Below, piece by piece: positions 22,230 to 33,709 of a stretch of DNA of 64,000 bases. Where the stretch lies: NCBI GenBank assembly GCA_023266095.1, contig JAHFRV010000009.1, forward strand, positions 471 through 64,470, in the 5' to 3' direction. Within the stretch, counting starts at the first letter, position 1, and each line of letters starts with the position of its first letter. The notes under the pieces are model-generated. The model had not been told where the DNA came from, did no database searches, and worked only from the letters and a program-made list of their open reading frames with translations. This DNA is from Gammaproteobacteria bacterium. GTDB taxonomy: Bacteria > Pseudomonadota > Gammaproteobacteria > DRLM01. Made by a program: the position numbers and the translations under genes.

Positions 22230-24101
22230 TTACTGCCGGTACTTTTGTTCGTTGGCCGGCACGAACACCTCCAGCGGCACCCGGCCCAGATTCAGGCCGA
22301 CTTTGGTGATTTGCAGATTACGTATCCGTTTATCGATGAAAACCAGGCTCTGGCGCCGCATCAGGAAAGTGTAAGGCTGATCCTCATGCAGTATCCGCTC
22401 GGCCTGCTGCCACAGCGGCATGCGGGTCTTTTCGTCGACGCTGGCACGGGCCTTTTCGATCAACTGGTCGAGCTTGGTGTTTTTATACGAAATGAAATTA
22501 TCACCGCCGTCGGCAATCTGGCTGCTATGAAAGATTTGATAGATGTCGGTCTCGAGGCTGCTGGTCCAGCCGAGGGTGATGGCGTCGAAATCGCGCTGCT
22601 TTAGCAAATCGATCATCACCGACCACTCGGTGGGCTTGGGCACCAGTTTGACGCCGGCCCGCGCGTAGAGGTCTTTGAGGAACAGCACCACGCGGCGGGT
22701 GTCTTCGTTGTCCTGGAAGAACACCAGTTCGAAGTCGAAGGGCCGGCCCTGGGCATCGTCCAAAATGCCATCGCCGTTGCGGTCGATGTAACCGGCCTCG
22801 CGCAACAATTGCTTGGCCTTGGTGAGATCGTAGGGATGTGGCGTGAGACTTTTATCGTGTTGCGTGCTGCGCGGGCTGAAAGGACTCACCGCGACTTCGC
22901 CATAACCCAGCATGATTTCCTCGATGACGCGCTGGCGGTCGGTGATATAAGTCATGGCCTGTCGCACCCGTTTGTCAGCGAAGCGGGTAGGCTTGCCGTC
23001 GCGCTGTTGATTCCAGGCGATATAGTTGTAGCCGGCGGTGGGACTCATGTATTCGAAATGCTGGGTGCGTTTGATGAAGTCGGGATCATCAAGCAAGGTT
23101 TGGTATTCACGCGGCCGCGCGCCATAGGTGTCGATCTCACCGTTGCGGAACGTGGTGAGGCGCGCCGCGTCGTTGGCGATGACCTTCCACAACAGCCGAT
23201 TGAAAGGCGGCTGCACTGCGCCCCAGTAACGCGGATTGCGTTCCAATTCCACCATGCCGATATCCGGCGTCCAGCCTTTGGGATCCTTGAGCCGATAAGG
23301 CCCCGAGCCCAGCAACAGACCTTTGGACGTATTGAAGCTGTCCGGCTTCTTCAAATAGGGTTCGTAAAAATGCCGCGGCATGATCGCCATGCCGCCGGCC
23401 AGGGCCAGGCTCTCGAAATACGGTTCTTTGAATTTGAACACCACTTGATAAGGATCGACGACCGTGACCGAGGCGATTTTTTCGTAATAGGCGCGTTCCC
23501 GCGGCGCATTGATGGCCGGGTTCATCATGAAAGTGAAGGTGAAGGCGACATCGTCGGCGGTGAGTTCCTTGCCGTCGGAAAATTTCACGCCTTTGCGCAA
23601 TTGAAAGGTGAAGGTCAGGCCATCCTCGCTCACCTGCCATGACTCGGCGATCAAGCCCAGCCATTCGAGCGTTTCGGGATCGCGGGTCAGCAAGGATTCC
23701 TGAATGTAACTTTGCACGTCGGCGGCATAAGCATCGGAAGACACCAAGGGGGTAATGGTCTTCAAGCCCACGGAAAAGGCTTCCACCAACCAATCACCGT
23801 TTTGATAACCCGGCATTTGACTGGCCGCGTAGGCACGGCGGAAGGCGGCCGGCACCGGACCGTTATCGCCGCCGCCCACCGCGCCCAGCGCGACGGCGCC
23901 GCTGCGCAGACTTTTTTCGAGGGTGTTGATCGCACCGCGCAAACCGCGGATATCGGCGGCCTGCTCTTCCATGGTCTGCTGCATCTGCGCCAGCTTACTC
24001 CATTGCCGGTCGACCATGTACATCGCCAGCACCACCACGATCAGTAGGACGGCAAGAAAGCTGAAGAGAAAAAAATCTTTGAAGGTGAAGCGCCGTTCCA
24101 T
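22230..24101 (-). CDS. yejA: Family-5 extracellular solute-binding protein (YejA-like), with membrane-anchored N-terminus and coiled-coil linker
   Basis: 623 aa. The N-terminus has one TM helix (FFLFSFLAVLLIVVVLAMYMV) then a charged helical ~90 aa stretch instead of a cleavable signal peptide. The remainder matches the SBP_bac_5 fold (DPETLEWLGLIAESWQVSEDGLTFTFQLRKGVKFSDGK...). Confidence 0.75.
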   Translation of the reverse strand: MERRFTFKDFFLFSFLAVLLIVVVLAMYMVDRQWSKLAQMQQTMEEQAADIRGLRGAINTLEKSLRSGAVALGAVGGGDNGPVPAAFRRAYAASQMPGYQNGDWLVEAFSVGLKTITPLVSSDAYAADVQSYIQESLLTRDPETLEWLGLIAESWQVSEDGLTFTFQLRKGVKFSDGKELTADDVAFTFTFMMNPAINAPRERAYYEKIASVTVVDPYQVVFKFKEPYFESLALAGGMAIMPRHFYEPYLKKPDSFNTSKGLLLGSGPYRLKDPKGWTPDIGMVELERNPRYWGAVQPPFNRLLWKVIANDAARLTTFRNGEIDTYGARPREYQTLLDDPDFIKRTQHFEYMSPTAGYNYIAWNQQRDGKPTRFADKRVRQAMTYITDRQRVIEEIMLGYGEVAVSPFSPRSTQHDKSLTPHPYDLTKAKQLLREAGYIDRNGDGILDDAQGRPFDFELVFFQDNEDTRRVVLFLKDLYARAGVKLVPKPTEWSVMIDLLKQRDFDAITLGWTSSLETDIYQIFHSSQIADGGDNFISYKNTKLDQLIEKARASVDEKTRMPLWQQAERILHEDQPYTFLMRRQSLVFIDKRIRNLQITKVGLNLGRVPLEVFVPANEQKYRQ

Positions 24102-24463
24102 TATTTATGTCCAAATAAAGTCGATGGGCCTAGCGTACCTTGTCTCGCTGCGCGCGCCGCGCCGCAATAATAGACGTGACTCGTACCATCCTCATGGCAT
24201 GATCGCGCCCGCAACCGCGGATGCCCCTCCCTCACGCAGCGCGTTTCATTCTAGCAATAAGCCTTTGTTTTATCTACCGGCGTAAAGTGCGAGGAAATCC
24301 CTCTTGCATGTCGCTGCTATGCTCGCACCGGATGCTGCTATCCATAATGGTTTCTGTCGCCTATTTAAGACTCCGCCGTCACAGGCTCATGACTTCATGC
24401 CTTGCGGGGCTTATGGTAATCTGCTGGCCACGACTACATCGAATAAGACCAAAGGATGGACGT

Positions 24464-25246
24464 ATGGGATTTCTACAAGGCAAACGCGCGCTGATCGTCG
24501 GCGTCGCCAGCAACCGCTCCATCGCCTGGGGCATCGCCCAGGCCATGCACCGCGAAGGCGCCGAGCTGGCCTTCACCTATCAAAACGAAAAGCTGCTGTC
24601 ACGGGTGGAAAACGCCGCGGCGGAATGCGATTCTCAAATCGTCCTGCCCTGCGACGTGGCCGAGGACAGCCAGATCGACGCGATGTTTGAAAAGCTCGAC
24701 GACTATTGGGACCATCTCGACATCATCGTCCATTCGGTGGCCTACGCGCCGCGCAACGAGCTGGAAGGCGATTATGTCGACAGCACCACCCGCCAAGGTT
24801 TCATCACCGCTCACGAGATCAGTTCCTACAGTTTCACCGCCCTGGCCAAGGCCGGGCGCAAGATGATGGCCGGCCGCAACGGCGCCCTGCTCACCTTGAG
24901 TTATCTCGGCGCCGAACGCGCCGTGCCCAACTACAATGTGATGGGCCTGGCCAAGGCCAGCCTCGAAGCCAACGTGCGCTACATGGCGCAAAGCCTCGGA
25001 CCCGAGGGTATCCGGGTCAATGCCGTCTCGGCGGGGCCGATCAAAACTCTCGCCGCCGCGGGTATCAGCGATTTCCGCAAAATGCTCGAGCATGTCGCCC
25101 ATCAATCGCCGATACGGCGCAACGTCACTATCGAGGAAGTCGGCAACGCCGGTGCCTTCCTCTGTTCCGACCTGGCCTCGGGTATCAACGGTGAAATTCT
25201 CTACGTGGACGGCGGCTACAACACCGTCGGCATGAGTATCTCTTAA
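24464..25246 (+). CDS. fabI: Enoyl-[acyl-carrier-protein] reductase (NADH) FabI
   Basis: [44 protein letters not shown]...SIAFAPR-like...Y-x6-K ([20 protein letters not shown]) is highly characteristic of FabI. RBS aaagga lies upstream of the ATG at 24464, which is internal to ORF 24221..25246. Confidence 0.93.
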   Translation: MGFLQGKRALIVGVASNRSIAWGIAQAMHREGAELAFTYQNEKLLSRVENAAAECDSQIVLPCDVAEDSQIDAMFEKLDDYWDHLDIIVHSVAYAPRNELEGDYVDSTTRQGFITAHEISSYSFTALAKAGRKMMAGRNGALLTLSYLGAERAVPNYNVMGLAKASLEANVRYMAQSLGPEGIRVNAVSAGPIKTLAAAGISDFRKMLEHVAHQSPIRRNVTIEEVGNAGAFLCSDLASGINGEILYVDGGYNTVGMSIS

Positions 25247-25308
25247 GCTCCAGCTTAAATCCCGCGTGGTGCAGGCGGCCGCGCGTTCCTTCATCGCAAA
25301 GGGCCGCT

Positions 25309-26523
25309 ATGCCGCACCAGCACGCCGCCATCTTGCTAGGCCTGATCGTCATCGGCGTGATCGGCGGCGGTTTATGCGGCTGGTACTTCGGCCCGGCCAT
25401 GAGCAGCATCGCCTGGCTCGGCAGCTTGTTTCTCAATGCCCTTAAAATGCTCATCGTGCCGCTGATCCTGTCCTCGGTGATCAGCGGCGTCGCGTCCTTG
25501 GGCGATGTGCGTAGACTCGGCCGCATCGGCGGCGTCACCTTGATTTATTTCGTTGTCTCCACCGGCACCGCCGTGCTGATCGGATTGATCCTGGTGAATC
25601 TCATGCAACCCGGCACCGGTATGGCCTTGCAAGGCGGCGTGATCCCCGAGCGGGTGCAAGGCAAGGAGGACGTCGGGATCAGCGATATTCTGTTGTCGAT
25701 GGTGTCACCCAACATCGTCGCCGCCGCCGCCAACATGGACGTATTGCCACTCATCCTATTCGCCATTTTATTTTCAGCGGCGCTGACCATGAGCGGCGAA
25801 CCAGGACAACGGGTCATAGGCTTTTTCGACGGCATCAACGAAGCCTTGATGAAGGTCGTGATCTGGGTGATGTATCTCGCGCCGGTCGGCATCTTCGCGC
25901 TGGTAGCGACACGCCTCGGCCAAGCGGGCGGCGGCGAAGCTTTTTTCGAGCAGCTGCGCGGCGTAGGCATGTACGTGGTCACGGTGTTGAGCGGACTCAC
26001 CATTCATTTCATATTACTGGTGGCGGCCTTGGTGTTCATCGGTCGGCGCGGCATCGATTTCTTCATCACCATGCTGCGTGCCTTGTTCACCGCCTTCGGC
26101 ACCGCGAGTTCATCGGCGACGCTACCGCTCACCATGGAATGCCTGCGCGAAAACAAAGTGGACGAACGCGCCACGCGTTTCGTGGTACCGCTCGGTACCA
26201 CGGTCAATATGAACGGTACGGCGCTATACGAAGCGGTGGCGGCGATGTTCATCGCGCAGGCCTACGGCATCGATCTCAGCCTAGGTCAACAGGTCATCGT
26301 CTTCATCACCGCCACGCTGGCGGCGGTCGGCGCGGCGGGCATCCCCGAGGCCGGGCTGGTTACCATGGTGATCGTGCTGAACGCGGTAGGCCTGCCGCTG
26401 GAAGGGATGGGCCTGCTGTTGGCGGTGGATTGGTTTCTCGACCGCTTCCGCACCACGATCAACGTCTGGGGCGACGCGGTGGGCGCGGCGGTGGTACAGC
26501 GCTTCCTCCCGGCGATCATTTGA
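25309..26523 (+). CDS. Dicarboxylate/amino acid:cation symporter (DAACS family, GltP/DctA-like)
   Basis: 404 aa polytopic protein. LKMLIVPLILSSVISGVASLGD and ...GTASSSATLPLTM... / ...PLGTTVNMNGTALYEAVAA... are the conserved DAACS hairpin motifs. Confidence 0.8.
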   Translation: MPHQHAAILLGLIVIGVIGGGLCGWYFGPAMSSIAWLGSLFLNALKMLIVPLILSSVISGVASLGDVRRLGRIGGVTLIYFVVSTGTAVLIGLILVNLMQPGTGMALQGGVIPERVQGKEDVGISDILLSMVSPNIVAAAANMDVLPLILFAILFSAALTMSGEPGQRVIGFFDGINEALMKVVIWVMYLAPVGIFALVATRLGQAGGGEAFFEQLRGVGMYVVTVLSGLTIHFILLVAALVFIGRRGIDFFITMLRALFTAFGTASSSATLPLTMECLRENKVDERATRFVVPLGTTVNMNGTALYEAVAAMFIAQAYGIDLSLGQQVIVFITATLAAVGAAGIPEAGLVTMVIVLNAVGLPLEGMGLLLAVDWFLDRFRTTINVWGDAVGAAVVQRFLPAII

Positions 26524-26699
26524 AGCGTTGGTGATCCAAGCGGCACACCGGATTATTCCCGAACAATAGAGACATGGATAACAGGCCGTTAATCGGTCGG
26601 GTCAGCGCAAGCTCGTCTATTGGATTTGGCGCCCTCCCCTCTTCCGTTCAGTGAGAGCGGGATTAGAGATGGGGCATCAGCACACAGGCCGCCACGTCA

Positions 26700-28610
26700 T
26701 TACAGCTTATCGGGATAACGCTTGATATCGGCCTTGGCCTTGAGCGATTTCACATAAGCCTGAAACTCACTTTCAGCCCTGCCGCGCACCAGGGTTTCCC
26801 TCGTGCTCTGCTTGGATGCCCCGTCCACACCGGCGGGATCGCCGTCCTTCACCTCATAAACCGCCAGCACCACGAAATCGCCCGTCGGCAGCGATTTGCC
26901 ACCGAACAACGGCTTGCCGGGCAAAGGCCGCTGCAAACGAAAGGCCTCGTCGATGATCTCCGGATTGACTTCCGCCGCCCTCCGTCCCACCAGGCCAGGA
27001 CGGACCCAACTGAGTTTCAACTGGGTGGCTGCTTCGAGCATGTCCTCGGCTTTATCAAGGCGGCTCAATAAGGCGCGACCCACTTCTTCGGTCTTTTTCC
27101 TGGCCAGCTCAGTACTTAATATCTGGCGTATCTCTTCACGCACTTGTTCCAGCGGCCGCACCGCCTCGGCTTGGTGTTCCTTGATCCGCAACACCACCTC
27201 GTGGTCGGAAGCCAACTCGATGGCCTCGCTGTTATTGCCACGCAGCAACACGTCATCGCCAAAAGCGGCGGCACGTACTTTGGGATGGCTGGCGATACCC
27301 GAACCCTGCTCCCGGGTAAACAAACCCGTGCTGCGTATCGGCAGATGCAAGGCCTCCGCTGCCACGGTGAGATTATCCGGATTTTCAAAGGTCAGATTAT
27401 AAAGTTGTTCGGCCTGCGCGAAATAGCGTTCTTCGGCGCGCTGACGTTGGAGATCTTGCTCCAATTGCGCACGCACTTCTTCGAAAGGTTTGGACTGACC
27501 GCCGCGCACGGCTTCGAGCTTGATGATGTGAAAACCGAAAGCGCTACGCACCGGCTCGCTCACTTGTCCCTCGGTCAAGGCAAAGCTGGCCTCTTCGAAG
27601 GCTTTATCCATCGCGCCACGACTGAAAAAGCCCAAGTCACCGCCGTTTTGCGCAGAGCCGGGATCTTCAGAATATTGACGGGCCAAATCGGCGAAGGACT
27701 CGCCTTTGCGCACCCGCGCCAAAATCTCTTGTATCTTGGTGCGCGCGGCGTCGATTTGCGCTTGCGGCGCATCGCTGCCCACCGAAATCAGGATATGCCG
27801 CGCCTGACGTTCCTCGGGGACCGAGAATTCGCTCTTGTGCTCTTCGTAACGCTGGCGCAAGGCCTCTTCGCTAATCGGTTCGCCGCCGGCGAGATTGGCC
27901 ACCGTCAATTCGATATAATCGACGCTCACTTGTTCGGGGGTGTGAAACTTTTCACGGTTATCCTCGTAATAGCGTTTTATCGCTTGCTCATCAACCCGCG
28001 CTTCCGCGCGATATTGAGCGACCGGTACAATCAGATATCCCAAATCGCGACGCTGCTCGCGCAAACGGATCAAGGCATCGACCTCGGGCTGGGTGACGAA
28101 GGTGCTATCCATCACGCCCTGCCGCAGCTGCTGGAGCAAGATGTCACCTCGAATCGCCTGCTCGAAACCTTTGACCGTCAAACCTTGCGAACGCAGCAGA
28201 TTATTGTAGAGATCTTTGTCGAATTGCCCGGCGTTTTGCAGTTCCGGAATGGAGCGAATATAAGTCGCGACGCGGGTATCGCCGACCTGCATGCCGCTCT
28301 GCGCCGCGTTGAGCACCAGCACCTCACGATCGATCATGCCTTCAAGCACGTCATTCTTCATGCTCTTTTCGTCGAACATCGCCGGATTGAAATTAGCGCC
28401 CAACATGGCCTGCAGACGTGCGCGCTGCTGCTGGTAGGTTTGCTGGAATTGCGTTTCGGGAATCTCTTTGCCGTCCACCACCGCGACATTGACCGAAGCA
28501 TCGGGACTGAGATATTCCTGTATGCCCCATAGCGCAAAAGTCGCGATCAGAAAAATAACTATGACCCAGGCCACCCAGCCTTGAGCACGTTCGCGGATGA
28601 ATTCAAGCAT
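26700..28610 (-). CDS. ppiD: Periplasmic chaperone / peptidyl-prolyl cis-trans isomerase PpiD
   Basis: MLEFIRERAQGWVAWVIVIFLIATFALWGIQ N-terminal anchor, a SurA-like domain and a parvulin domain (ARHILI...GGDLGFF...GFHIIK). Conserved position after hupB as in the enterobacterial tig-clpPX-lon-hupB-ppiD region. The start is internal to ORF 26700..28715. Confidence 0.85.
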   Translation of the reverse strand: MLEFIRERAQGWVAWVIVIFLIATFALWGIQEYLSPDASVNVAVVDGKEIPETQFQQTYQQQRARLQAMLGANFNPAMFDEKSMKNDVLEGMIDREVLVLNAAQSGMQVGDTRVATYIRSIPELQNAGQFDKDLYNNLLRSQGLTVKGFEQAIRGDILLQQLRQGVMDSTFVTQPEVDALIRLREQRRDLGYLIVPVAQYRAEARVDEQAIKRYYEDNREKFHTPEQVSVDYIELTVANLAGGEPISEEALRQRYEEHKSEFSVPEERQARHILISVGSDAPQAQIDAARTKIQEILARVRKGESFADLARQYSEDPGSAQNGGDLGFFSRGAMDKAFEEASFALTEGQVSEPVRSAFGFHIIKLEAVRGGQSKPFEEVRAQLEQDLQRQRAEERYFAQAEQLYNLTFENPDNLTVAAEALHLPIRSTGLFTREQGSGIASHPKVRAAAFGDDVLLRGNNSEAIELASDHEVVLRIKEHQAEAVRPLEQVREEIRQILSTELARKKTEEVGRALLSRLDKAEDMLEAATQLKLSWVRPGLVGRRAAEVNPEIIDEAFRLQRPLPGKPLFGGKSLPTGDFVVLAVYEVKDGDPAGVDGASKQSTRETLVRGRAESEFQAYVKSLKAKADIKRYPDKL

Positions 28611-28746
28611 GATCGAGAGGCTCTCCCTCGTCGTTGTGAGTCCGGTGCGCGCCAGGGCGCCACTCCAAAGACGGGTATTGTATACACAGCGCGTTATAAA
28701 TGAAAAAGGGCACACCGTTTGAGTGTGCCCTGTTCAGTTTTGCAAT

Positions 28747-28823
28747 ATGGCGGAGTGGACGGGACTTGAACCCGCGACCCCCGGCGTGACAGGCCGGTAT
28801 TCTAACCAGCTGAACTACCACTC
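28747..28823 (-). tRNA. tRNA-Asp (GTC)
   Basis: rc: GGAGTGGTAGTTCAGCTGGTTAGAATACCGGCCTGTCACGCCGGGGGTCGCGGGTTCAAGTCCCGTCCACTCCGCCA. Cloverleaf with anticodon loop CTGTCAC. Confidence 0.9.
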
Positions 28824-28840
28824 CTAAATCGTAAAACTTT

Positions 28841-28916
28841 TTGGTGGGTGCTGAGGGGATCGAACCCCCGACATTCGCCGTGTAAAGGCGACGCTCTACC
28901 AGCTGAGCTAAGCACC
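28841..28916 (-). tRNA. tRNA-Val (TAC)
   Basis: rc: GGGTGCTTAGCTCAGCTGGTAGAGCGTCGCCTTTACACGGCGAATGTCGGGGGTTCGATCCCCTCAGCACCCACCA. Anticodon loop TTTACAC. Confidence 0.9.
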
Positions 28917-28947
28917 CCAGCTGCCACCCACCCCTAAGGGCGGGCCG

Positions 28948-29220
28948 CTATTGTACGGCGTCCTTGAGTCCTTTACCAGCCTTGAATCCAGGAATCTTGG
29001 CCGCCTTGATATTGATGGTTTCACCAGTCTGGGGATTGCGTCCGGTGCGGGCTTCACGCTGACGTACACTGAATGTACCAAAGCCTACCAAGGTGACTTG
29101 ATCGTTGCTCTGCAATGCCTTGGTGATAGAGTCAACCAGTGCGTCCACCGCGCGGCCAGCAGCCGCTTTTGAAATGTCTGCCGACTCCGCAACCGCGTCG
29201 ATCAATTCGGATTTATTCAC
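28948..29220 (-). CDS. hupB: DNA-binding protein HU-beta
   Basis: [36 protein letters not shown]...[44 protein letters not shown], 90 aa HU fold. Confidence 0.93.
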   Translation of the reverse strand: MNKSELIDAVAESADISKAAAGRAVDALVDSITKALQSNDQVTLVGFGTFSVRQREARTGRNPQTGETINIKAAKIPGFKAGKGLKDAVQ

Positions 29221-29465
29221 CCTTCACTCTCCTCGTTAGCTCTATCTACGCTGATGCCTTATCACACAGCACGCGTCGTAATCAAAAAGGCACCGCTGCG
29301 CTTGAGGCGCAATTTATACATCCCGCCTTCAAGCCTGTCAAGCCGATGGCGTATTTTGTCAGGAAAAATTTTTGTTAAATTAACTACAAACAAATTACAA
29401 ACACAACGCAGGCATTGCATAGCGCACCGTATATATGCTTGCGTTATTTATTAATAGAGTGATCG

Positions 29466-29495
29466 ATAAAAAACAAATGGGCGCCTAAGGCGCCC
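29466..29495 (-). terminator. Rho-independent terminator downstream of lon
   Basis: Minus strand: stem gggcgcc / ggcgccc (29479-85, 29489-95) with loop tta, followed by AUUUGUUUUUUAUC (rc of 29466-29478). Confidence 0.7.
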
Positions 29496-29515
29496 AGTCG
29501 CTTAGCTCACTCCCA

Positions 29516-31960
29516 TTAATGCGCTCGAATATCGCTGCCTTTTTTTCCTTTCGCCGATTTCTTCTCTTCTGCCGCCGGAACTGGCGCCTTGGTGGCTACG
29601 GCAACGAGCGGTTGCGGCATATTTAGCAGTGCGATTTGCAAGACTTCATCAATCCATTTGACCGGCTTGATCTCCAAATCTTGCTTGATGTTGTTGGGAA
29701 TCTCGGTGAGTTCGCGTTGATTCTCCACCGGGATCAACACCGTGCGGATACCGCCGCGATGTGCAGCCAGCAATTTTTCCTTCAAACCGCCGATGGGCAA
29801 CACTTCACCGCGCAGCGTGATCTCACCGGTCATCGCCACATCGGCCCGTACCGGGATACCGCACAGAGCCGACACCAGGGCCGTGCACATGCCGATACCC
29901 GCGCTGGGACCGTCCTTGGGGATCGCGCCTTCCGGCACATGGATATGCACGTCGTTCTTTTGGTAAAACTCCGGATCGATACCGAGCACCGTCGAACGGC
30001 TGCGCACCACGGTCATCGCCGCCTGCACCGACTCTTGCATGACCTCACCCAGTTGCCCAGTGGTAGTGAACTTGCCCTTGCCGGGCACCACCGCCGCTTC
30101 GATGGTGAGCAAATCACCGCCCACTTCGGTCCAGGCCAAGCCGGTGACTTGTCCAATGGCGTCGCGTTCCTCGGCGCGGCCGTAGCGGAAACGTTTCACA
30201 CCCAGGTATTTCTCCAGATCCTTGCCCTTGACGGTGATCTTCTTGGCCACCGGCTTGAGCAGTATTTCCTTCACCACCTTGCGACAGATCTTAGCGCATT
30301 CACGCTCGAGGTTACGCACGCCCGCCTCGCGGGTGTAATAACGCACGATATCGCGCATGGCGCTTTCGGTAAGAGTGATTTCACTCTCCTTCAAACCGTT
30401 GGCCTTGACCTGCTTCGGCACCAGATAACGCATGGCGATATTGACCTTCTCATCCTCGGTGTAACCGGAGATGCGGATGACTTCCATGCGATCCAACAAC
30501 GGCGCCGGAATGTTGAGGCTGTTGGCGGTACACACGAACATCACATCGGAAAGATCGTAATCGACTTCCAGGTAATGATCGTTGAAGGTGCTGTTCTGTT
30601 CGGGATCCAACACCTCCAACAACGCCGACGCCGGGTCGCCGCGGAAGTCCTGCGACATCTTGTCCACCTCGTCGAGCAGGAACAGCGGATTGCGCGTACC
30701 CACCTTGGAGAGGTTTTGAATGATCTTGCCGGGCAAGGCGCCGATGTAGGTGCGACGATGACCGCGGATCTCGGCCTCGTCACGCACGCCGCCGAGGGCC
30801 ATGCGTACGAACTTGCGATTGGTGGCGCGGGCGATGGACCGACCCAGCGAGGTTTTACCCACGCCCGGCGGCCCCACCAGACACAATATCGGGCCCTTGA
30901 GTTTATCGACCCGGCTCTGCACCGCGAGGTATTCCAGTATCCGCTCTTTGACCTTCTCCAGGCCGTAGTGGTCTTCTTCGAGCACGGTCTCGGCGCCCGC
31001 CAGCTCGTGACGAATCTTGGTGCGCTTCTTCCAGGGCACGCTCACCATCCAGTCGATGTAATTGCGCACCACGGTGGCTTCGGCCGACATCGGCGACATC
31101 ATCTTGAGTTTGTTCAACTCGGCCTTGGCCTTGGTCTTGGCTTCTTTGGGCATGCCGGCTTTGTCGATGCGCCGCGCCAAATCCTCCACTTCATTGGGCA
31201 CGTCGTCCATCTCACCCAATTCTTTTTGGATGGCCTTCATCTGTTCGTTGAGATAATACTCGCGCTGGCTCTTTTCCATCTGGCGCTTGACGCGGCCGCG
31301 GATGCGTTTTTCGACCTGCAACAAGTCGATCTCCGATTCGAGGATGGCCATAAGTTTCTCGAGGCGCGCACGCACACTCTCGATCTCGAGGATGCCTTGT
31401 TTCTCCTCGATCTTGAGCAATAAATGAGCGGCGATGGTATCGGCCAAGCGGCCCGGATCATCGATGCCAGCCAGCGAAGACAATATCTCCGGCGGGACTT
31501 TGTTGTTCAGTTTCACGTATTGATCGAACTGGCCGAGGATGGCGCGCATCAGCACTTCCGATTCACGGTTTTCGGTGGGCAACATACTGATCGGACTGAT
31601 CTCGGCGTAAAAAAATTGGTCGGTCTCGTGTAATCCGGTAATGCGGGCGCGATCAGTCCCTTCAACCAGCACCTTGATGGTGCCGTCCGGCAGCTTCAAC
31701 AATTGCAATATGCTGGAAACTGTGCCGACGTCATAGATGTCCTCGGCCTGCGGATCGTCCACCGCGGCACTGCGTTGCGCCACCAACAGTATCCGTTTAT
31801 CCCCTTCCATGGCCGATTCCAAGGCCCGTATCGATTTCTCCCGGCCCACGAAAAGGGGAATGACCATATGGGGATACACCACCACATCACGCAGCGGCAG
31901 GACGGGAATCGTTGCCGAAGATCCTGGGGGTACAACCGTATTTTCGCTTTGATTCTCCAT
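29516..31960 (-). CDS. lon: ATP-dependent Lon protease
   Basis: MENQSENTV...[27 protein letters not shown] (LON N-domain), AAA+ Walker [12 protein letters not shown], and the proteolytic Ser-Lys dyad region ([17 protein letters not shown]). The start is internal to ORF 29516..32023. Confidence 0.95.
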   Translation of the reverse strand: MENQSENTVVPPGSSATIPVLPLRDVVVYPHMVIPLFVGREKSIRALESAMEGDKRILLVAQRSAAVDDPQAEDIYDVGTVSSILQLLKLPDGTIKVLVEGTDRARITGLHETDQFFYAEISPISMLPTENRESEVLMRAILGQFDQYVKLNNKVPPEILSSLAGIDDPGRLADTIAAHLLLKIEEKQGILEIESVRARLEKLMAILESEIDLLQVEKRIRGRVKRQMEKSQREYYLNEQMKAIQKELGEMDDVPNEVEDLARRIDKAGMPKEAKTKAKAELNKLKMMSPMSAEATVVRNYIDWMVSVPWKKRTKIRHELAGAETVLEEDHYGLEKVKERILEYLAVQSRVDKLKGPILCLVGPPGVGKTSLGRSIARATNRKFVRMALGGVRDEAEIRGHRRTYIGALPGKIIQNLSKVGTRNPLFLLDEVDKMSQDFRGDPASALLEVLDPEQNSTFNDHYLEVDYDLSDVMFVCTANSLNIPAPLLDRMEVIRISGYTEDEKVNIAMRYLVPKQVKANGLKESEITLTESAMRDIVRYYTREAGVRNLERECAKICRKVVKEILLKPVAKKITVKGKDLEKYLGVKRFRYGRAEERDAIGQVTGLAWTEVGGDLLTIEAAVVPGKGKFTTTGQLGEVMQESVQAAMTVVRSRSTVLGIDPEFYQKNDVHIHVPEGAIPKDGPSAGIGMCTALVSALCGIPVRADVAMTGEITLRGEVLPIGGLKEKLLAAHRGGIRTVLIPVENQRELTEIPNNIKQDLEIKPVKWIDEVLQIALLNMPQPLVAVATKAPVPAAEEKKSAKGKKGSDIRAH

Positions 31961-32204
31961 TATGGAGTACCTCTCTTTGAATGACGCCCGCACCGACCTC
32001 GACTCATCATAGAGCGAGGCCACGAATCCATAAAGAAATGATAGTCACAATACCGCCCCTTGTCTGTCCCTAATTGACGCGTCTCCATTACTATGACTAT
32101 CGACCGGGCTCCACGAAGTCTTGATGTCGAAAAGGCAACGTTCATATAGATGTGGCCGCATTCGAGTAAGTTCAAGCTGGCTACTGCGGTACTTTTAATC
32201 AGGC

Positions 32205-32232
32205 ATAAAAAAGCCGCCCTTATGGGGGCGGC
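32205..32232 (-). terminator. Rho-independent terminator downstream of clpX
   Basis: Minus strand: stem gccgccc / gggcggc (32213-19, 32226-32) followed by UUUUUUAUGCC (rc of ataaaaaa at 32205-12). Confidence 0.7.
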
Positions 32233-32278
32233 GGTATCTGGTGAAATAACGTCGGGAACCCAGGCTTCAGCCCGGCAT

Positions 32279-33565
32279 TCAGTCGGTTTGCCGGGCAAGC
32301 CGCGGGGTTTCGGTATTCTCGTATATCATGAGCGGTTCGGAATCACCTTGTATGACATTCTCGTCCACGATCACTTTACACACCCCTTCCAGCGAAGGCA
32401 GTTCATACATGATATCCAACAAGACATGCTCCATGATGGAACGCAGACCGCGCGCGCCGGTTTTGCGCACCATGGCCTTGGTCGCTATCGCACGCAAGGC
32501 CTCGTCACGGAATTCCAACTCGACTCCTTCCATTTCGAACAGTTTCGCGTATTGCTTGCTCAAAGCATTCTTCGGCTCGGTGAGAATTTGCACCAAGGCA
32601 GCTTCATCCAGCTCATCCAAAGTGGCCATGATCGGCAAGCGGCCGACGAATTCGGGTATCAAACCAAACTTGATCAAGTCTTCGGGTTCGACACTGTGCA
32701 GAACTTCGTTGACATCCTTGCGGTCTAGACCGCTTTTGATTTCGGCGGAGAAGCCAATACCGCTTTTTTCGGAACGCGACCGGATTATCTTGTCCAGCCC
32801 GGCAAACGCGCCGCCGCAAATGAACAGGATATTGGAGGTATCCACCTGCAGGAACTCCTGCTGAGGATGTTTGCGTCCGCCTTGCGGGGGTACGGAAGCG
32901 ATGGTGCCTTCGATTAATTTCAATAGCGCTTGTTGCACACCTTCGCCCGATACATCGCGGGTTATCGAAGGATTTTCCGACTTGCGGGATATCTTATCGA
33001 TTTCGTCGATGTAGACGATACCGGTCTGAGCCTTCTCCACATCGTAGTCGCACTTCTGCAGCAACTTCTGAATGATGTTTTCGACGTCCTCACCGACGTA
33101 ACCGGCTTCTGTGAGGGTGGTGGCATCGGCGATGGTGAAAGGCACGTTGAGCAGGCGGGCCAAGGTTTCCGCCAGCAAGGTCTTGCCACTACCCGTGGGA
33201 CCGATTAAAAGGATATTGCTCTTGGAGACTTCGATTTCGTCCTTGGCCGGATCGCACTCGAGCCGCTTGTAGTGGTTGTAGACCGCGACGGACAAGATCT
33301 TCTTGGCCTTGGCCTGGCCGATGACATACTCGTCCAGAATCGCGTTGATCTCACGCGGTGTCGGCAGTTTGCTGCCCTTGCCGGCCACGGTCTTGTCCTG
33401 CATCTCCTCGCGGATGATATCGTTGCAAAGCTCTACACACTCATCACACACAAACACCGAGGGACCGGCAATAAGCTTTCTTACTTCGTGCTGGCTTTTA
33501 CCGCAGAAGGAACAATAGAGCAATTTTTTACCGTCTTCGCCTGAACCGTGTTTGCTGTCGCTCAT
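32279..33565 (-). CDS. clpX: ATP-dependent Clp protease ATP-binding subunit ClpX
   Basis: [33 protein letters not shown] (zinc-binding domain), then Walker [23 protein letters not shown]. Confidence 0.95.
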   Translation of the reverse strand: MSDSKHGSGEDGKKLLYCSFCGKSQHEVRKLIAGPSVFVCDECVELCNDIIREEMQDKTVAGKGSKLPTPREINAILDEYVIGQAKAKKILSVAVYNHYKRLECDPAKDEIEVSKSNILLIGPTGSGKTLLAETLARLLNVPFTIADATTLTEAGYVGEDVENIIQKLLQKCDYDVEKAQTGIVYIDEIDKISRKSENPSITRDVSGEGVQQALLKLIEGTIASVPPQGGRKHPQQEFLQVDTSNILFICGGAFAGLDKIIRSRSEKSGIGFSAEIKSGLDRKDVNEVLHSVEPEDLIKFGLIPEFVGRLPIMATLDELDEAALVQILTEPKNALSKQYAKLFEMEGVELEFRDEALRAIATKAMVRKTGARGLRSIMEHVLLDIMYELPSLEGVCKVIVDENVIQGDSEPLMIYENTETPRLARQTD

Positions 33566-33709
33566 AAAACTAACCTCGTACGTACTACCGGTTCCTTTGC
33601 CCTCAGAATGCAGCTTTCAGGGCCAAGCTGCAAGTTTTTTCCTAATTCTTTCATCGGCGGCGCGCCGTTAATCTTCAACTTTGCTAGCGTGGAAACGGGC
33701 GCCGGGCAA

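Noticed and set aside
28747-28916. tRNA-Asp/tRNA-Val pair and the 37.2-37.8 kb tRNA cluster, considered as integration sites of a genomic island or prophage.
   Set aside because: No integrase, excisionase, direct-repeat att duplicates of tRNA 3' ends, or phage genes are adjacent. The flanking genes are conserved housekeeping genes (ppiD/hupB; GGDEF/MFS).
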